Shown here in pieces: positions 1-13,615 of a stretch of 64,000 nt of DNA. How positions within the stretch are numbered: the stretch's first letter is position 1; the number at the start of each line of letters is the position of its first letter. The position numbers were made by a program, and so were the translations under genes. Origin of the DNA: Marsupella aquatica (Eukaryota > Plantae > Marchantiophyta); assembly GCA_973895155.1 (NCBI GenBank), contig OZ316898.1, positions 6,001,079 to 6,065,078 of the forward strand. Direction: 5' to 3'. The notes under the pieces were generated by a model. It ran no database searches. It worked only from the letters and a program-made list of their open reading frames with translations, and had not been told where the DNA came from.

Positions 1-809
1 GTGCGGATTCGCAGGCCGAAGGGGCCATGGCCACAGGTTATGGGTCTCCCTTTATTCCACATGAACGATATTCTATGACAGAGGTAGAGAAAGACCCGTC
101 TTATAAGCAGGTGTACTATTCTGCTAGCTCTTTCCTTATTTTTCCATTACGTAGACATTCCTAAACGCCCTTCACCACTATCTTGAGAGGTATGTGTTAT
201 CTTGAAATCTTCCTTTTAGTTCTAAGCTTCCATACTCATCTGGATATAGACCCAAGGGGAAGTAATTACTCTGCCCCACGCAACTATCTGTGGGTCTCTC
301 TTGATTCTCTATTTTACGAAAGGCCGAGAGGAACGCCATCCGTCTCGAATTTTTGAGCTAGTCCTGTTATCGTGAATGCTTCTTCCTATTCCTAATCTTC
401 CATCCTGATGCGGATCCCCAGTCTGACGGGGAAATGATCACTATGCAATATGGTACTTATTACGAAACCTTCTCCAGTCGGAATCTCGCATACTCTCCGG
501 TCGAGCGACAGGACAGTGGGCAATATCAACTGGTAACTACGAAATTATGCTCGTTCTTTTCCTCCTCTGCAACGACTTTGCCATCTTTAACATTGTCCTG
601 TAAGCAATTGACCACTAATTTTGGGCAATTTTGTTATCCTGACAGCTTCTTCTACCTCTTAATGTTTTGGCCTGAATCTGATCCTTAGAACGAAGGGGAA
701 AAGGAAACAGGGCCAGTTGAAGAATCGCCGGTTCGGGAACTGCAGAACATGTTCCCTGCTCAGATCGCGGTAAGGAAATGCAAAACACACTGCCTTTATG
801 TGGTCTTCG

Positions 810-2634
810 CATCAGATGGGATGGATATATTCAATAATTTGTGAATTTCGATAGCTCTAGGAGACCTGCGATCTGCCGCTTTGCAAGAGTCTCTTTTCGA
901 CCCTGAGTACCGCTCGAAACGTTATGGCTGCCCGTCCTAGTAGAGCAAAGCGGGCTCACAGATCTCTTAAAGGCTTTAGACGTGGATCTTTGTTTTTGCT
1001 TTTACCATCTTGCTTCAGAATGATATAATGTTGCCCAGCATTGATAATGAACGTGACACATCGATTAGGTGACACTTTGGATCTATCAGTACTACGTTGT
1101 AAGGCTGCGCGGCTGAGTCAATCAAACCTCTCCAGTTCCTCAATGACTTCTCATAGTGGATTGTCCAGATTTTAGTTTCTAATCTGGTTTGCTGTTGATG
1201 ATCGTTAGGATGTCGTCCCGGATGTCTTTGCCTCAAACGAGGTTTCTGACAGTGGATCATTCGAAGCCTTCCTCGAGGACCTTTTAAGATCAGGGCCAAT
1301 TGGCGAACAGGCCGTGGACTCGCCGCACTCTCCTAGAATATCGACCTTTTATGAGGGAATGCAAAGCGGGACAATAGATCAGTTCTCGGTTCGTTGGTCT
1401 ATTCCTTTCCTGTCATCACTCGAAAGTTTGGGCTACAGTAGCGAACTTACTATAGTAGCTCGCTATGATAAGTTGCTCCAACCTTATGCCTGGTTCCATT
1501 TTCTCCGTTTTTTAGAGTACACGCAGCGGTGTTAGAGTCGAAGTCAGATTTTAATTCAAGGCATTGAATCATCGATCAGTCAGATTTCGAATCAGGCTTC
1601 AGGCTTCACGATATCTCGAAGTTAGTAATAGATAGTGGATATAGAAATATAGAAATTTAAGAGTTTTCGAAGCCTTAGGTATGGCATGTGCTCAAAGCTT
1701 CTCGATTATGTACTGTGGCTTTCTAATCCTAATTGTTGATCCTATCCTCAGGAACAGCATGATGTTTCTGATTCAGAGTCCCCGATGCAGACCATGGAGA
1801 ATAATCCAGAGTGGACAAACTCCATCATACATGCTGTAAACACAAAGATTTCGGAAATTTACTTCTGTTTTGATCAGGCATCTGACCGCACCAAGCTACA
1901 AACAACGCAATCCGAAGCCGAGGAGTGTTCTGTTAAATTACAGAAAAAGATCCGCCACTTCCAGGGAGAATTCAACGGTATGTTCAATGAATTGAAAACC
2001 ACTCTAGCAAAGATTTCGAAAAGAGTGCCTGAACCTCTCCAACAGCAGCTCAACACAGCAATTTCTCAAGTCGACCAGTTCAGCACCAAAGAACTGGAAC
2101 ACTTACTTCGTGAAGCGGACGGGATAACGAAAAAGCTCGTCAAGGTTGTCGATGACCTTCGGTACCGAAATGTCTCAACGAGCAAGACGTTCCAAAATTG
2201 TGCTTCGTCTGTCACGCAATTGGTGGAATCAGTCTTGGCTATGACCTCGAAGTTCGTTTCCGTGGCAGACTTCAATCGGTACACAAGCGAATTGTACAGT
2301 CTACCTAATTTTCGCGCTGGTGCCGGGAAGGTTGTGAGGAGCTAGTTTAACTTGATCTTACTTCCTCCACCGATTTTGACACAGTATCGTTCACTAGCTA
2401 AAGAATATACACTGAAGAGGGCAATTTTCATGGGTGGTCATCATACTACCGACAGACAATTCCGGCGAAGGTCAACATGTTTCCCAACCGAAGAAAGTTT
2501 TTATCAGCCGAGTTCAACTGCAGGCAGTAGAGACTTCGTCTTCGTAGATTTTAAATGTCCTTTTCTGCTTTGGGAAATAGTCCATTTCTGGTGCATAAGC
2601 AATTCCTCCACCTCAATCTTATGTTGCAAGATGA
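810..2634 (+). repeat. Copy A of a ~1.8-2.2 kb segmental direct duplication (copy B at 9996-12263)
   Basis: Colinear matches by eye from CATCAGATGGGATGGA (810/9996) through CCTAATTGTTGATCCTATCCTCAGGAACAGCATGA to GGGAAATAGTCCATTTCTGGTGCATAAGC near the ends. Confidence 0.9.
1785..2345 (+). CDS. Unknown alpha-helical/coiled-coil-like protein (exon or gene fragment), paralog of 11392-11937
   Basis: 186-aa ORF preceded by a splice acceptor (cctcag, 1751) conserved in both copies; aligns with the paralog (SDRTKL..SE..ECSVK, KEL.HL..EADG, N.ASS.TQLVES.LAMT.KF.S.ADFN). A possible further intron from ~2279 would change the C-terminus. Confidence 0.5.
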   Translation: MQTMENNPEWTNSIIHAVNTKISEIYFCFDQASDRTKLQTTQSEAEECSVKLQKKIRHFQGEFNGMFNELKTTLAKISKRVPEPLQQQLNTAISQVDQFSTKELEHLLREADGITKKLVKVVDDLRYRNVSTSKTFQNCASSVTQLVESVLAMTSKFVSVADFNRYTSELYSLPNFRAGAGKVVRS

Positions 2635-2789
2635 TATTTTCAAACCGGCTTTTGGTCAGTTGGCCAGGGGCTTAGCTAGAAGAGAAGGTCCTACGGTCAA
2701 TCCCCCCTCCACATGCAAGGGTCGTGGAGGGTATCTGTGGGAGGGGTCTAGTGGTGGGAGTTTTGGTTTGTCATCAACCCTGGCTCTTC

Positions 2790-2915
2790 TTCTTTGGGGC
2801 TCTGGTTCAACCCTCTCTCCCTGGTCTGGATCCCTGGGTATGACCCCCTTGTGGCTAACCTACAGAGGCATATGCTCTGGAGTGATCTTCTATCCTCTTG
2901 GATTTTTGGTTTCAA
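2790..2915. repeat. ~130-bp dispersed repeat, second copy at ~8650-8790
   Basis: CTTTGGGGCTCTG..CAACC...CCTGGGTATGACCC...GGCTA.CCTACAG...ATGCTCT.GAG is shared in direct orientation. Confidence 0.7.
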
Positions 2916-4639
2916 GGCAAAGCAAAAAATAAATTTAAAATGATAGTTTCAGATGTGTTTAGGAAACTATTTGAAGACCCTCGCTGCATTTTGTAATACA
3001 CTAAGCTCCATTGTCAGCAAAAAAGAGTAGATAATTGAGCACCGTTGTCAGCAAAAAGGAGTAGATGATTCTGTCTACACTCGCCTTGGCTAATATATAG
3101 GTGGATGTAAATCCCTACGTTTGTGAGAGGTAGGCATTGTGATCTACTCCTCTGGGTACCAATTTGTAATCTTTTGCATCAAATATTGGAATGTACTGTC
3201 ATTATATGGAAAATTTTCGGAACACAATTTGTTCTTTTCTGAGCTACAAGCCTTCTGATTTCGCTGACCTTGCATTGTAAGTAAGAAAACCCCCTGGGGC
3301 CCACTGCACTTGGGTTTACAGCCCATAACCCCCTCGATGCCATATGTCATTCTACACACTCGGATGAGACTAGGAGTCATTTCTTCTTCTGCCTTACCTG
3401 CCTTTTGCAGATTGGGAGGAAAGGTTGTCATAGGTTTTCCTTAAGTTATTTGGAAAGCTGGCAGAGCCAGGGTGGCACTTGGGTTAGGCCAACCTGAGGA
3501 ATGCTCATTCAATTATTTGTCTAGAGACTAGGTGCCTATGGTGGGCCAAGATGTGGTACCAGAAAGGTAGTGACACAAACAAGTCTTCCTGTAGGTCCTA
3601 GCAAAGGGTCAAATGAGCTGCCAGGGCAACAGGGAAAGAAAATCAGTGGAGTCATGAGTAATCCTCGCTTTTCTTCATAACACCTCAATTCTGCAAGAAC
3701 TCTGCCTACTTTAGTCCTTTGCCACCCTTTGGCTCCATTGTGTTCGACATTTAGGGGTTTCTAGTGACAGTGCAAACAAGTGTATGGAAATCAATAATAA
3801 AGTCCTTCTCCAAATCAAAGAGAACAGCTTCACCCTCGACAACAAAAATTGACACTGAAGAAACAATAGGCAAAGAATGAAGAACAAGCTGAAATAGTGA
3901 CATAATCCAAACCTAGACTAGAATGAACATGTGCTCATAGTAGGTTTCCAACCAGATTTGAAGGCAGGCTAGAATACCTAGCCTTATGTCGTACAGATGG
4001 GCCCATGCTAGAAGTTGTGACGGAGAATCAGCAAGGAAGAACATAATTGGACTTTAAGAGGCAGAAAGCAAGGAATCCGACAACAATGGTTCAGTGAACA
4101 AGCATTGGAAGGCAGTTCAGAGCAAGAAGTCCCAACAGGTAGGGGACAATGAATTGTTTGTTCAATGGACAAGAGATCCAAGGTAATTCATAGATGGGTT
4201 CATAGACGGAGCCATTGTTCAGTCTGGTCCATTCCAGCTTAGACTTGCAGGTTAACTTGGATGCACGATCCCATGCCTAGCTTTACATCATCTCCACTTT
4301 TGGAATCAATGTTGGATGGGTGATGATTTTGCTGTGCATATTTCAACTGGTTGATCCGGCACCATAAGAATGTGTTGGCAAATTTGCCAGCAAATGAACA
4401 AGTTGAGTTGTTAATTTTCATCTGTATAAGCATTTCAACTAAGAAAAATACTGCACACTGTCATAAGTGATATGCCAGTGTTATGTAGGGCAAAGTGATA
4501 TGTTAGTGTCAGTTGTACATCAAAATGCTTGAATGTATGTTTTTAAGTTATGTAGATAGTTAGAACCGATATGGCTCCATCCTGTAAAACAAAACAATCT
4601 AATTCTCCTTTTAATATTTCATGACCTCCTTAGTACTCG

Positions 4640-5160
4640 TCAAAATGTGCCAATGTTAGGGTCATTGGAAAGTTAGACAATTCAGAAATTCATGAGTTAG
4701 AAACACATGATTACCTTTGTACCTGACAAAATCTATCAATATCAGGCTTATTGGAAAAGTAAAGAAATCAATAACATCATGATCTCTCTAGTATTGGACA
4801 AATTTTGTAAATGTCAGGCTCGTTAGAATGCTACAAGAATTCAGAGTTCATGATCTATTTAAAATCTGCCAATGTTAGGCTCAATGGAAAGCAGGAAATT
4901 TTAAAATTTTCATCATCGTATCCTTTATTTAGGACTTGATAAAATCTGTTATTGTTAGGCTCACTAGAAAACTATATCTAAAACATGTCAAAGAGTTTAA
5001 GCACAAATGGCTTCATTGAGAATTGAGAGAGAAATTCATTTTAGTTTATTGCATAGGACATATCTAGATTCGAAAGGAAGGGCAGAGCAATCTAGAACCT
5101 GTGAGAGGTTTTAATATCTGATAAATTTTATCAATGTTAATGTGAGTCATTGCAAAGCTC
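4640..5160. repeat. Degenerate repeat cluster (consensus near AAATCTGCCAATGTTAGGCTCATTGGAAAG), further copies at ~7320 and ~7480; probable DNA-transposon remnant
   Basis: Copies at ~4645, 4730, 4800, 4862, 4942 and 5123, mostly 60-90 bp apart. Confidence 0.55.
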
Positions 5161-7605
5161 CATCCAAAACTTTTCTAAGAATTTTACACACGAAAGGATA
5201 TATTGAGAGATGAGCAAGAAATTTGAAATTGGTTTTTTGCTGACAACTTACACCGGTGACAACATAGTTAGACTTTCAAGGAAGGGGACTAGAACAATAT
5301 TTTTAAAAATTAGTTCGTGGACCCTGGGCTACACTTTTTAGGCCTTGTTTGAGTAAAAACAATCATGTATATAATATTAGCTTTAGCTCAAGTTGCGAGA
5401 GGCTATTATGCACCCTAAGCTTTCTAGTAGCTGACTCTTGTTTGTAGAAGATTTGTCGCCCGATTGGTCAATATACTTTCAAATAATTGGAAATTCTGGA
5501 CATTTCATTGAAGTTTGACTTTGGCAAGTTTTGAATTAGAGGTTAATAGCCTCATGACCTTGATGCAACTATTCACCAAGTGAGAGGAGAGAGAAGGGCA
5601 GAGAGCTTAAGCTTTGAGAAGAGAGAAGTTTGAGTAGGAAAGGAAGTTGGTGGTCATGTTGTGTTGGACAAATATGATAGATTTTACAGTGGCTTGCATT
5701 GTTTAAATTACATTTTCTCACGAAATCATTGTGGACCCATTCAGTGATGGCCTGAGCAGTTTGACATTCCTTCAACTGCCACAGGAATACTTTGCTTTGC
5801 AGGCCAACGGTAGCTACTCCTTTCCTTTTCCAAAGACCAAGAATGAATGCAGTCACATCGCTGATCATTTCTTCCTTGTATGTCTAACAGCCCTGGACCC
5901 GTTTGGAATCTTTGCGAGAGTTTGTCCACCCGGATTTAATCACTTCAATGGGGTGGACTCTACCCTGTATTCAACTGTTCCCAACTCTCCAAATTGCTTC
6001 GTCGTGAAAGAGGAAGGATGCTCTTCTGGTGCGCTGAAGAGCCAAAAGGAACACTTACACATGCTAGACAGGTCCAAAGCACAAAATCAGCTAGGTCCTT
6101 CCTTAAAATTAACTAGCAGCATCTGCTTTGGCAGAAATGCTCACCTCCGGGTCGAATGGTGCATCGAGTCCGACAGGTCAAAGTATACCTTCTCAGATAG
6201 AGGCTACCTCAGGGATTGGATTGATGTCTGAGGGTGGTTTTCAGTGGGTAAATGCTACTAGTGAACATGCAAGGCTGGAACAATTGCCAGAAGATTGTTA
6301 CTAGTCGAGTGGCTCAGCGGTTGGTCTCAAGGAGGGTAGAGACGGTTCCAATTCTCTTACTCATGGGTTTGAGGAACTTACCGCCGAAGGCTATGTCTCT
6401 GGTCTAAATTTGGGGTTGCCCACCAGAAGCAAATGGGATATAGCTCGTGTGCCGGAGGATGCATTTTGTGACTTCGGTGGGGCGCCTGTTGGCTGGCCGC
6501 TTCCAAAAGCGTTAGGGCAAATGGAGAATTCCGTCAATCCCCGGCCCATGAGCTGCGTAGATACAGTTCCACAATCTGCGAAGGGTGGGGCGATGCATTC
6601 AAGTGGCCTACGGAGAATCTTTTCTAAGGGTACTGCAGGGATACTGAGGCAGCCCTCTGAATCCACTGGGCTTACAAAGCTTCATGGAGTGGTTGCAGAG
6701 AAAAGTACTGACAGAGAATTTCAACAATTTGTTCACCCAGTCTTCTAATCAGACTTAGAGGACTGCATCAGGCAGAATGCAGAAGGTCAGCTCTCAGGTG
6801 GTAGGAGTCCAGCCTTCTGACGATCCGACTTCTGTTGTCTGTCCTACTGCATCAAACGCATGGTTTGGGTTATCCTTGTTTGGTCCTCCATAATCCGTAC
6901 CTGTTTGCAGATTACTTACTTACTTTTTGTGAGTTTCATGTCACCGCCCTGGAGTGTAATGGGCCGCAAAATTTAATTAATTACTTATTATTATTGGTTA
7001 GAGAATTAAACCAGAAAGAGCGTGGGCAATCGGTTATTCGGGGTAAAAAAATAGTTACGAGTCTACTACTAATTCAACATTCTGTTACCTAGGGTAAATA
7101 AAACGGTTATTTCTCAAACAGTTTTACATCAAGGTTTACGGCATGGTGTCCTCAATTTTACCAAAATCATGCCACAGACACGAATGTTGAAACAATTTTA
7201 TTTTGTAAACCATCTGTGCCTGTTTGCAGCACATCTCGATGACATGGCGTGCTATGGAGTCTTGAATTTTGGAAGGGACCTCTAGTGGGGTCAGTAATGA
7301 GTTCTTTCAATACTTGACAAAATTGGCAATGTTAGGCTCATTGGAAATATCTTTTGAAAATGTTTCTAAAAGTTTCATTTATAGATTAGGGAAGAATTTG
7401 AAATCATTTTTTTTATCACAGCTAGACTTTAAAAAAAGGCAGGGAAATTCATAAAATCAGGATCTCTTCCATATTTGATGATATATGACACTATCAAGCT
7501 CATTGGAAAGCTCTTTCAAAATGGTTCTAAGGAGTCTAAGCATATCAAAAGTTTGATCCATATATGAGGGAGTAATTGGAAATGGATTGAGGGTTATCAG
7601 GTTTA

Positions 7606-7937
7606 TGTTGAACTAAGACGTCATTCGCAACGACCATACAACCATGACTTATTTCATGCACACGTAGTCGACACAATCTCTACGTGGTTCACCTCTTCTC
7701 CAAGGCTACGTCCACACGAACACTCAAGCTTTACTTCAAGAGTAAACGAACACACATGCTCTCCCTCTTCCTCAAGTTGCTCCGTTACAATGAGTAAGCA
7801 CCACTCACCAGAAGCTTACACTAGCCCTGGTATATACAAGGTCACACACGACTAACCTAACCTCAGCTAAGACCCTAACTGTGGTTAGCCTAAGTGCCGT
7901 AACCTTTGAGTCACAAGACTAAGAGCAATCCTTAACA
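7606..7937 (-). mobile_element. Solo LTR (332 bp) with 5-bp TSD GTTTA
   Basis: Starts TGTTGA and ends TTAACA; GTTTA at 7601-7605 and 7938-7942; minus strand carries the GGACGTAG...GTGAACCACGTA motif common in plant LTRs; homologous to 59002-59293. Confidence 0.9.
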
Positions 7938-9995
7938 GTTTAAACTTCCAAGCTAACTAGTGTAAACTTTGAAAGAAATGGTGAGAAACTGGTAATGATA
8001 CTCTGTAGTGAGAGGCTTGGGCTAGGTTCAGAGTTAGATCCGGATTTGGAGACAAGTAGACTAGAGATGAGATAAATAAGGAAATGCAAAGTGAAAAGGA
8101 TCAAAGATTGAAATTGATCTAGACAAATAAATTTCAATGTTTGTGAAAGTGAAATAGATTCAGAATTAGGGGGAAGCAAGATGAACACTCATATGGAGAT
8201 CCAAATGACTTCACCTTCCAGGTTGTTTCACGAGCCCATATGCTTTGTTCACATAATCATGGTAAACATACGTGGTCACATAGGACTTGCACACCAAGAC
8301 ACACAATTGTAATACAACACTTAAAGTAGTTCCAGGGTGTCTCTCATTAGAATTAAGAACGTACAGCTCGAGAAAGGTGGGAGGACAAGGTCCCAAGCTA
8401 TTGTTTTGTTGAAACCTATTTGACTTTTGAATTTCTCTCATGTAATTGATTCATTGAGAGACGGACATCTATTGACAGAGGTGTTAATTGAAAGCAAAAC
8501 AAGATAGAAAGGTTAAGACGGCAATCAAAGTCTGGAGGGATTAATCGACATATGAAAACACCGCACCAACCACAAACAAATCCTTGCTTCCTGGGTGGTC
8601 TCTAATAATACCATGGTGCATGTCATAACATAAGGAACCCTAGAGGTCCACTTTGGGGCTCTGATCCAACCTTCTCCCTCCTGGTCCTGGGTATGACCCG
8701 CCTTGGGCTACCCTACAGTGGTGCATGCTCTAGAGTTGATCCTTTATCCTATGTTGGATGGATCAGCTTTGGTTGCTTTGGTTTTCAACGATATATAATA
8801 GGCGTGGCTGCAATCTTCTCCCAAACTAATTAAAAGCCATGATGGACCTCCGCTTTGTCTATGAAGCCCAGATGGACTGACAAAGCTTGGACTTGCTTAG
8901 AATATTTAAACTGACTGACTCAGATAAGATTATTTATATTTACCTAAACCGTGAGCTGGAAAGGATCTCCTTAGCGTTTGCAGCAGGTTTCAATTACACC
9001 AACTGGTAATGTAATTTTCTCGATAACTTGACAACTTCCATTTTGACTACATTCTCCCCGAGGTAGTCAAAGTTGTCAGCCATATGGGACCAGTCCATTT
9101 TTCTTTTTATCGTAAAAGCGAGAATCTCTTTACGCACTCCATGGGCCGTCCCGGCTTTGGTTTCTCTTTCTCCAACAAGCAGCTCTCCTATAACTAGAGT
9201 AGCATGGGCATGGGATAGCACATCTGAAAGGGTGTCACCGTTCTAGATACAGCCGACTGTTAGCGTGGCGCCCAAGTCTGAAGTCATCCCCGACACTGTA
9301 CGAGCTTGTCTGCCGACACGATCTGGCTAACGAAGATAACCATTCGTTTGCAGAATCACGCCAAATCAGGAAGTCAAATTTGTCTGGTCTAGGGAAGGGA
9401 TTTTTATGGCGCCGGGTCAGAATCGACCGACCTACACTAGAGACCAAAACTCACTTCACTTTTTGTCTGCCTGTTCACACCTTAGAATAAAGAATAGCTC
9501 CTCTCAGACATTATAAAAAGACAGAACTGTCGCCCAGTTGTTGCAAAGAGGGAATTGGAGCAATCGTTCTTGGATGGAATGAATGATCCTGCTGCTGATG
9601 CTGCTAGCGTGCGTTCTCTCTCCGGAAGACTCAGGAGCAATCGCGGGAGCACTCTTCGTACTTGCGATTGCGACTGCTGCTGCTGCATTCGGTTCTCACT
9701 TGTCGTTGGCAATCGGAAGAGCCTTTAAGCGCGAGGATTCTACTGAATTGAGCCACTTTTGAGATAAGCAACATGTTGCTCTCTGCTCAGCTCAGGTAAG
9801 AAACATCTGACTTCCGTTCTAACCGCAATTGAATTCCGCAAGAGTTATTAGTACCGCTGGAAAGGTTATGGCTGCCCTGTAGTAGTAGTAGAACAAAGCG
9901 GGGTCAGAGTTTTTTGAAAGGCGCTTAGGGTAACTTAGAGTTTAGGGTTTAGGGTAGTTTGAGTACTTATTATGCCGATGGGAATCAACAGGTTG

Positions 9996-12263
9996 CATCA
10001 GATGGGATGGACATATTCAATGATTGTGAATTTCCATAGCTCTAGGAGATCTATGATCTTCCGGTTTGCTAAAGTCACCTGCCGACCCTGAGTGCCGCTT
10101 GAAAGGGTATGGCTGCCTGTACTAGTAGAGCAAAGCTGGCTCATAGTTTCTGAAAGGCGTTAAACGTGGATCTTCGTTTTGCTTTTCCCATCTTGCTTTA
10201 GAAGGATAAAATGTTGCCCAGCAATGATAATGAACGTCATGACATCTATTAGGTGATTACTTTGGTATCGCAAGGATCTATAATTACTACGTTGTAAGGC
10301 TGCACGACATAGTACATCAAACCTCTCCAATTCCTCAATGACTTCTGACAGTGAACTGTCCAGCTTTTAGTTTCTAATCTGGTTTGCTGTTGATGATCAT
10401 TAGGATAGCGTCCCGTTTTCTTACAGTGACGAATTCATTTGGAAGAATTTTTCACTCTCAAGGATAAACGCCAACTCTGCTACAATATTAGCGGCCTCGC
10501 CCTTCGATGAGGCAGTGCAAAGAAGGACAAAAGATCAGTTCTGGGTTCGTTGGTCTACTCCTTTCCTGTGATCACTCGAAAGTTTGGGCTACAGTAGCGA
10601 ACTTAGTGCAGTAGCTCATACTAAGTTTCTCCGTTTTTGATAGTGCTCGCAGCGGTGTTAGAGTCGAAGTCAGAGATTTAATCAAGACATTGTATCATCA
10701 TTCGATCAGTCAGAATTCGAAATTGAAGGGGTTCGATCTATCAGTGCTACGATGTATCAGGCTGCACAGCCTAGTACATCAAACCTCTCCATTTCCCCAA
10801 TGACCTCTCACACGCGCTCTCACACTGGATTGTCCAGATTTTAGTTTCTAATATGGTTTGCTGTTGATGATGGTTAGGATGTCTATTCAGCAGTAATGAC
10901 GAATTCTGGGAGTGAACCATTCAAAGACGTCCTCGATAACTTTCCACAATTGTCGCCAACTGGCGAACAGGCCGTGGACTTGGTTCGTTGGTCTATTCCT
11001 TTCCTGTGATCACTCGAAAATTTAGGATACAGTGGTAGCGAACATAGTATAGTAGCTCGTTATGATAAGTTTCCCCAACCTTATGCCAGGTTACATTTCT
11101 CCGTTTTAAACACAACTCGCAGCGGCGTTATAGTCGAAGTCGGAGATTTTAATTCAAGACATCGTATCATCGATCAGTCAGAATTCGAAATTGAAGGGCT
11201 TCACGATGTCTCAAAGTAAGTTCTATATAGTGGATACAGAAATCCAGAAATTGAACAATTTTAGAATTCGTAGGTAGGGCATGTGCTCGAAACTTCTCGA
11301 TTATGCACTTGGCTTTTTAATAAATCCTAATTGTTGATCCTATCCTCAGGAACAGCATGACGTTTCTCATTCAGACTCCCCGCTGAAGACAATGGAGGAT
11401 GGTCCAGACCCGGGTCCAGAGCGGAGAAACCTCATCTTACATACTGTGAGGGAACAGCTTAAGATAAGTTACGACCGTATTGATACGACATCTGACCGGA
11501 CGAAGTTAAAACTCATGGAATCCGAAGTCCAGGAGTGTTCTGTGAAATCGGACAAGATCCGGCGGTTCCTGAGAAAATTTAACGATCAGTTTAATAACGT
11601 GAAAATCAGTCTGGCAAATCTTTTGATAACCGTGCCTGGACATCTCCAACACCAGGTCAACAAAGCAATTTATCAATTGAACCTTTTCAGCCCCAAAGAA
11701 CTGAAACACTTAGTCAAGGAAGCGGACGGGCTAACAAGCAAGCTCGCCATGGTTGGCAATACTCTTGAGAAGCGAAATCTCTCAATGAGCACGATGTTGC
11801 AAAATTCTGCTTCGTCTCTCACTCAATTGGTGGAATCACTGTTAGCAATGACCTTGAAGTTCATTTCGGCGGCAGACTTCAATTGGTACACTAGGACAGC
11901 CTACCTGGTTTTCGTCCTGGTGTCGGGAAGGTTCTGAGAAGCTAGTTTAACCTGGAGCGGAAGACTTGATCTCATTGCCTCCACCGATTTTGACTAGTTT
12001 GTTCACTGGGTCAGGAATAGACACAGAAGAGTTCAGTTTTCATGGGTGTTCATCATACTTCCAACAGACGATTCCGGCTAAGACCAACATTTTTTCTAAC
12101 CAAAGAAACGTTTTGATCAGCACGACTTCAACTGCAGGTAGTAGAGATTTCGTTCCCGTAGATCTTAAGGCTGTGCTATATTTATTTTTCTGCTTTGGGA
12201 AATAGTCCATTTCTGGTGCATAAGCTGTTCTTCAGACCTCAGACAATCTTATGTCGCATTATG
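9996..12263 (+). repeat. Copy B of the segmental duplication, with an extra internal ~450-bp tandem duplication (~10285-10725 and ~10746-11197)
   Basis: The block GGCTGCAC...TAGTACATCAAACCTCTCCA...CGATCAGTCAGAATTCGAAATTGAAGGG occurs twice here; copy A has only one diverged counterpart. Confidence 0.85.
11392..11937 (+). CDS. Unknown helical protein, paralog of 1785-2345
   Basis: 181-aa ORF, frame preserved relative to the paralog despite many substitutions; same upstream splice acceptor. Confidence 0.5.
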   Translation: MEDGPDPGPERRNLILHTVREQLKISYDRIDTTSDRTKLKLMESEVQECSVKSDKIRRFLRKFNDQFNNVKISLANLLITVPGHLQHQVNKAIYQLNLFSPKELKHLVKEADGLTSKLAMVGNTLEKRNLSMSTMLQNSASSLTQLVESLLAMTLKFISAADFNWYTRTAYLVFVLVSGRF

Positions 12264-12796
12264 AATAATTTCCGGAAATTCGCAAAGCGAAGGAGAGAAC
12301 ATTTGTGGGCTCGCTAAATTACAATTCGCAAAGATGACGGCATACTCACGGACCTTGCTGTATTAGAATACCAGATGCCATGGGTGAGCGACGAGTCCAT
12401 GAGTAGGCTTCGAGGCGATGGGCGGAACACGGAACACGGAACACGGAAAGCGGACCAGACCTGATTCCAAGACAGCCATGCCTGACTCCGGGATGACCGA
12501 GTCCTGGGGAAGATTGAGGACGCTGAGAGAGAGTGCATGAGGCGATGGGCCCATGAGCAGGATAATTTCTTTTGCCACAATAGCCTATATCACCTTGTCT
12601 GAAGAATGCCAAGAATATTTTGTACCTAACTTTACTCATTAACTTTTGACGCTTCGATCTCCTTACATTTAAAAACAAATGTCAGATTCTTGCTAGTGAA
12701 TCAGAAACTTATTTTTGTCACATTGAAGTGAAAAGACTTTTAACCAGGTGAAATTTAGCAAACAAGATTCACTACAAAGAATGCTGGCCATGAGCC

Positions 12797-13615
12797 CATG
12801 ACAATTTAGAGCATATAAAAGTCCTGGTTACAACGCATTTGTGTACACTAATACCCTAAAAACTAGAGTTTGGCACGCAAGATTTACTATATAGCATGTT
12901 CGTTCTAAGACAAAGCTATTTTAACTTATTGACAATAATGTCAATTGTATCCTATCAAATAGCAATTATAGCATAATATTCAAATGCATTAAAACAGGGA
13001 ATCAAATAAATAAATAGAAACTACCTTACTTTTTAGGTGAAAAACAAGTACATAACTTATAAGTCAATGTACCTTAGAGGTATAGTATTTTGTGGTTGAC
13101 TGAAAAGTATGTTAGCTTTATACTCTAGCTTTGTACTCTATTTTTAGGCCCTATTGAAAGATTCACTATTTAGGTGACACCTGTTAGCCTCTAAACCATA
13201 AGGGTTGGAAAGTTTTTCACCAATGGACATATAACCTACAGGGCATCTCTGGTTTTTGTACTGAGTGCATCCTGGTGAGTCTGACCATCTTGTGCAATAG
13301 AGAATGTATGGTAGAAAAAAAATCTCATCAAATACATGATAAGCTATCACAATAAAACATATCAAATCATAAACTTGAAATAATTAAAGGGATTAGATAA
13401 TTTGTCAAATTCAAACCAATGCAAAGTGAAATGATACACTAGGCCAGATTTAAAAGAAAATTCAGAACTCATATTTCTAATAAGACAAAATAAGGTAGAA
13501 GGTGTTCGCCATATAGCAATGTGGGAAAAAATTGAGGCCATAACAATTCAGGACAATAAAAGTCCTGATTACAACGCATTTCTGTACAATAGTACCCTAA
13601 AAACTAGAGTTTTGG
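12797..13615. repeat. Pair of ~75-bp direct repeats (~12797-12873 and ~13539-13615)
   Basis: TAAAAGTCCTG.TTACAACGCATTT.TGTACA.TA.TACCCTAAAAACTAGAGTTT occurs twice. Confidence 0.75.

Noticed and set aside
15-270. Possible short exons at the window start
   Set aside because: Some implied introns are implausibly short and no consistent model could be built.
5560-6830. Possible LINE/retroelement remnant with several 90-170 aa ORFs
   Set aside because: No RT, RNase H or endonuclease motif could be identified confidently.
8994-9712. Three adjacent minus-strand ORFs as one gene
   Set aside because: No recognisable domain and no convincing splice model.
12422-12450. CGGAACA x3-4, and similar micro-repeats at ~24287, ~25970, ~56258 and ~58579
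   Set aside because: Short slippage-type duplications with no further supportable structure.
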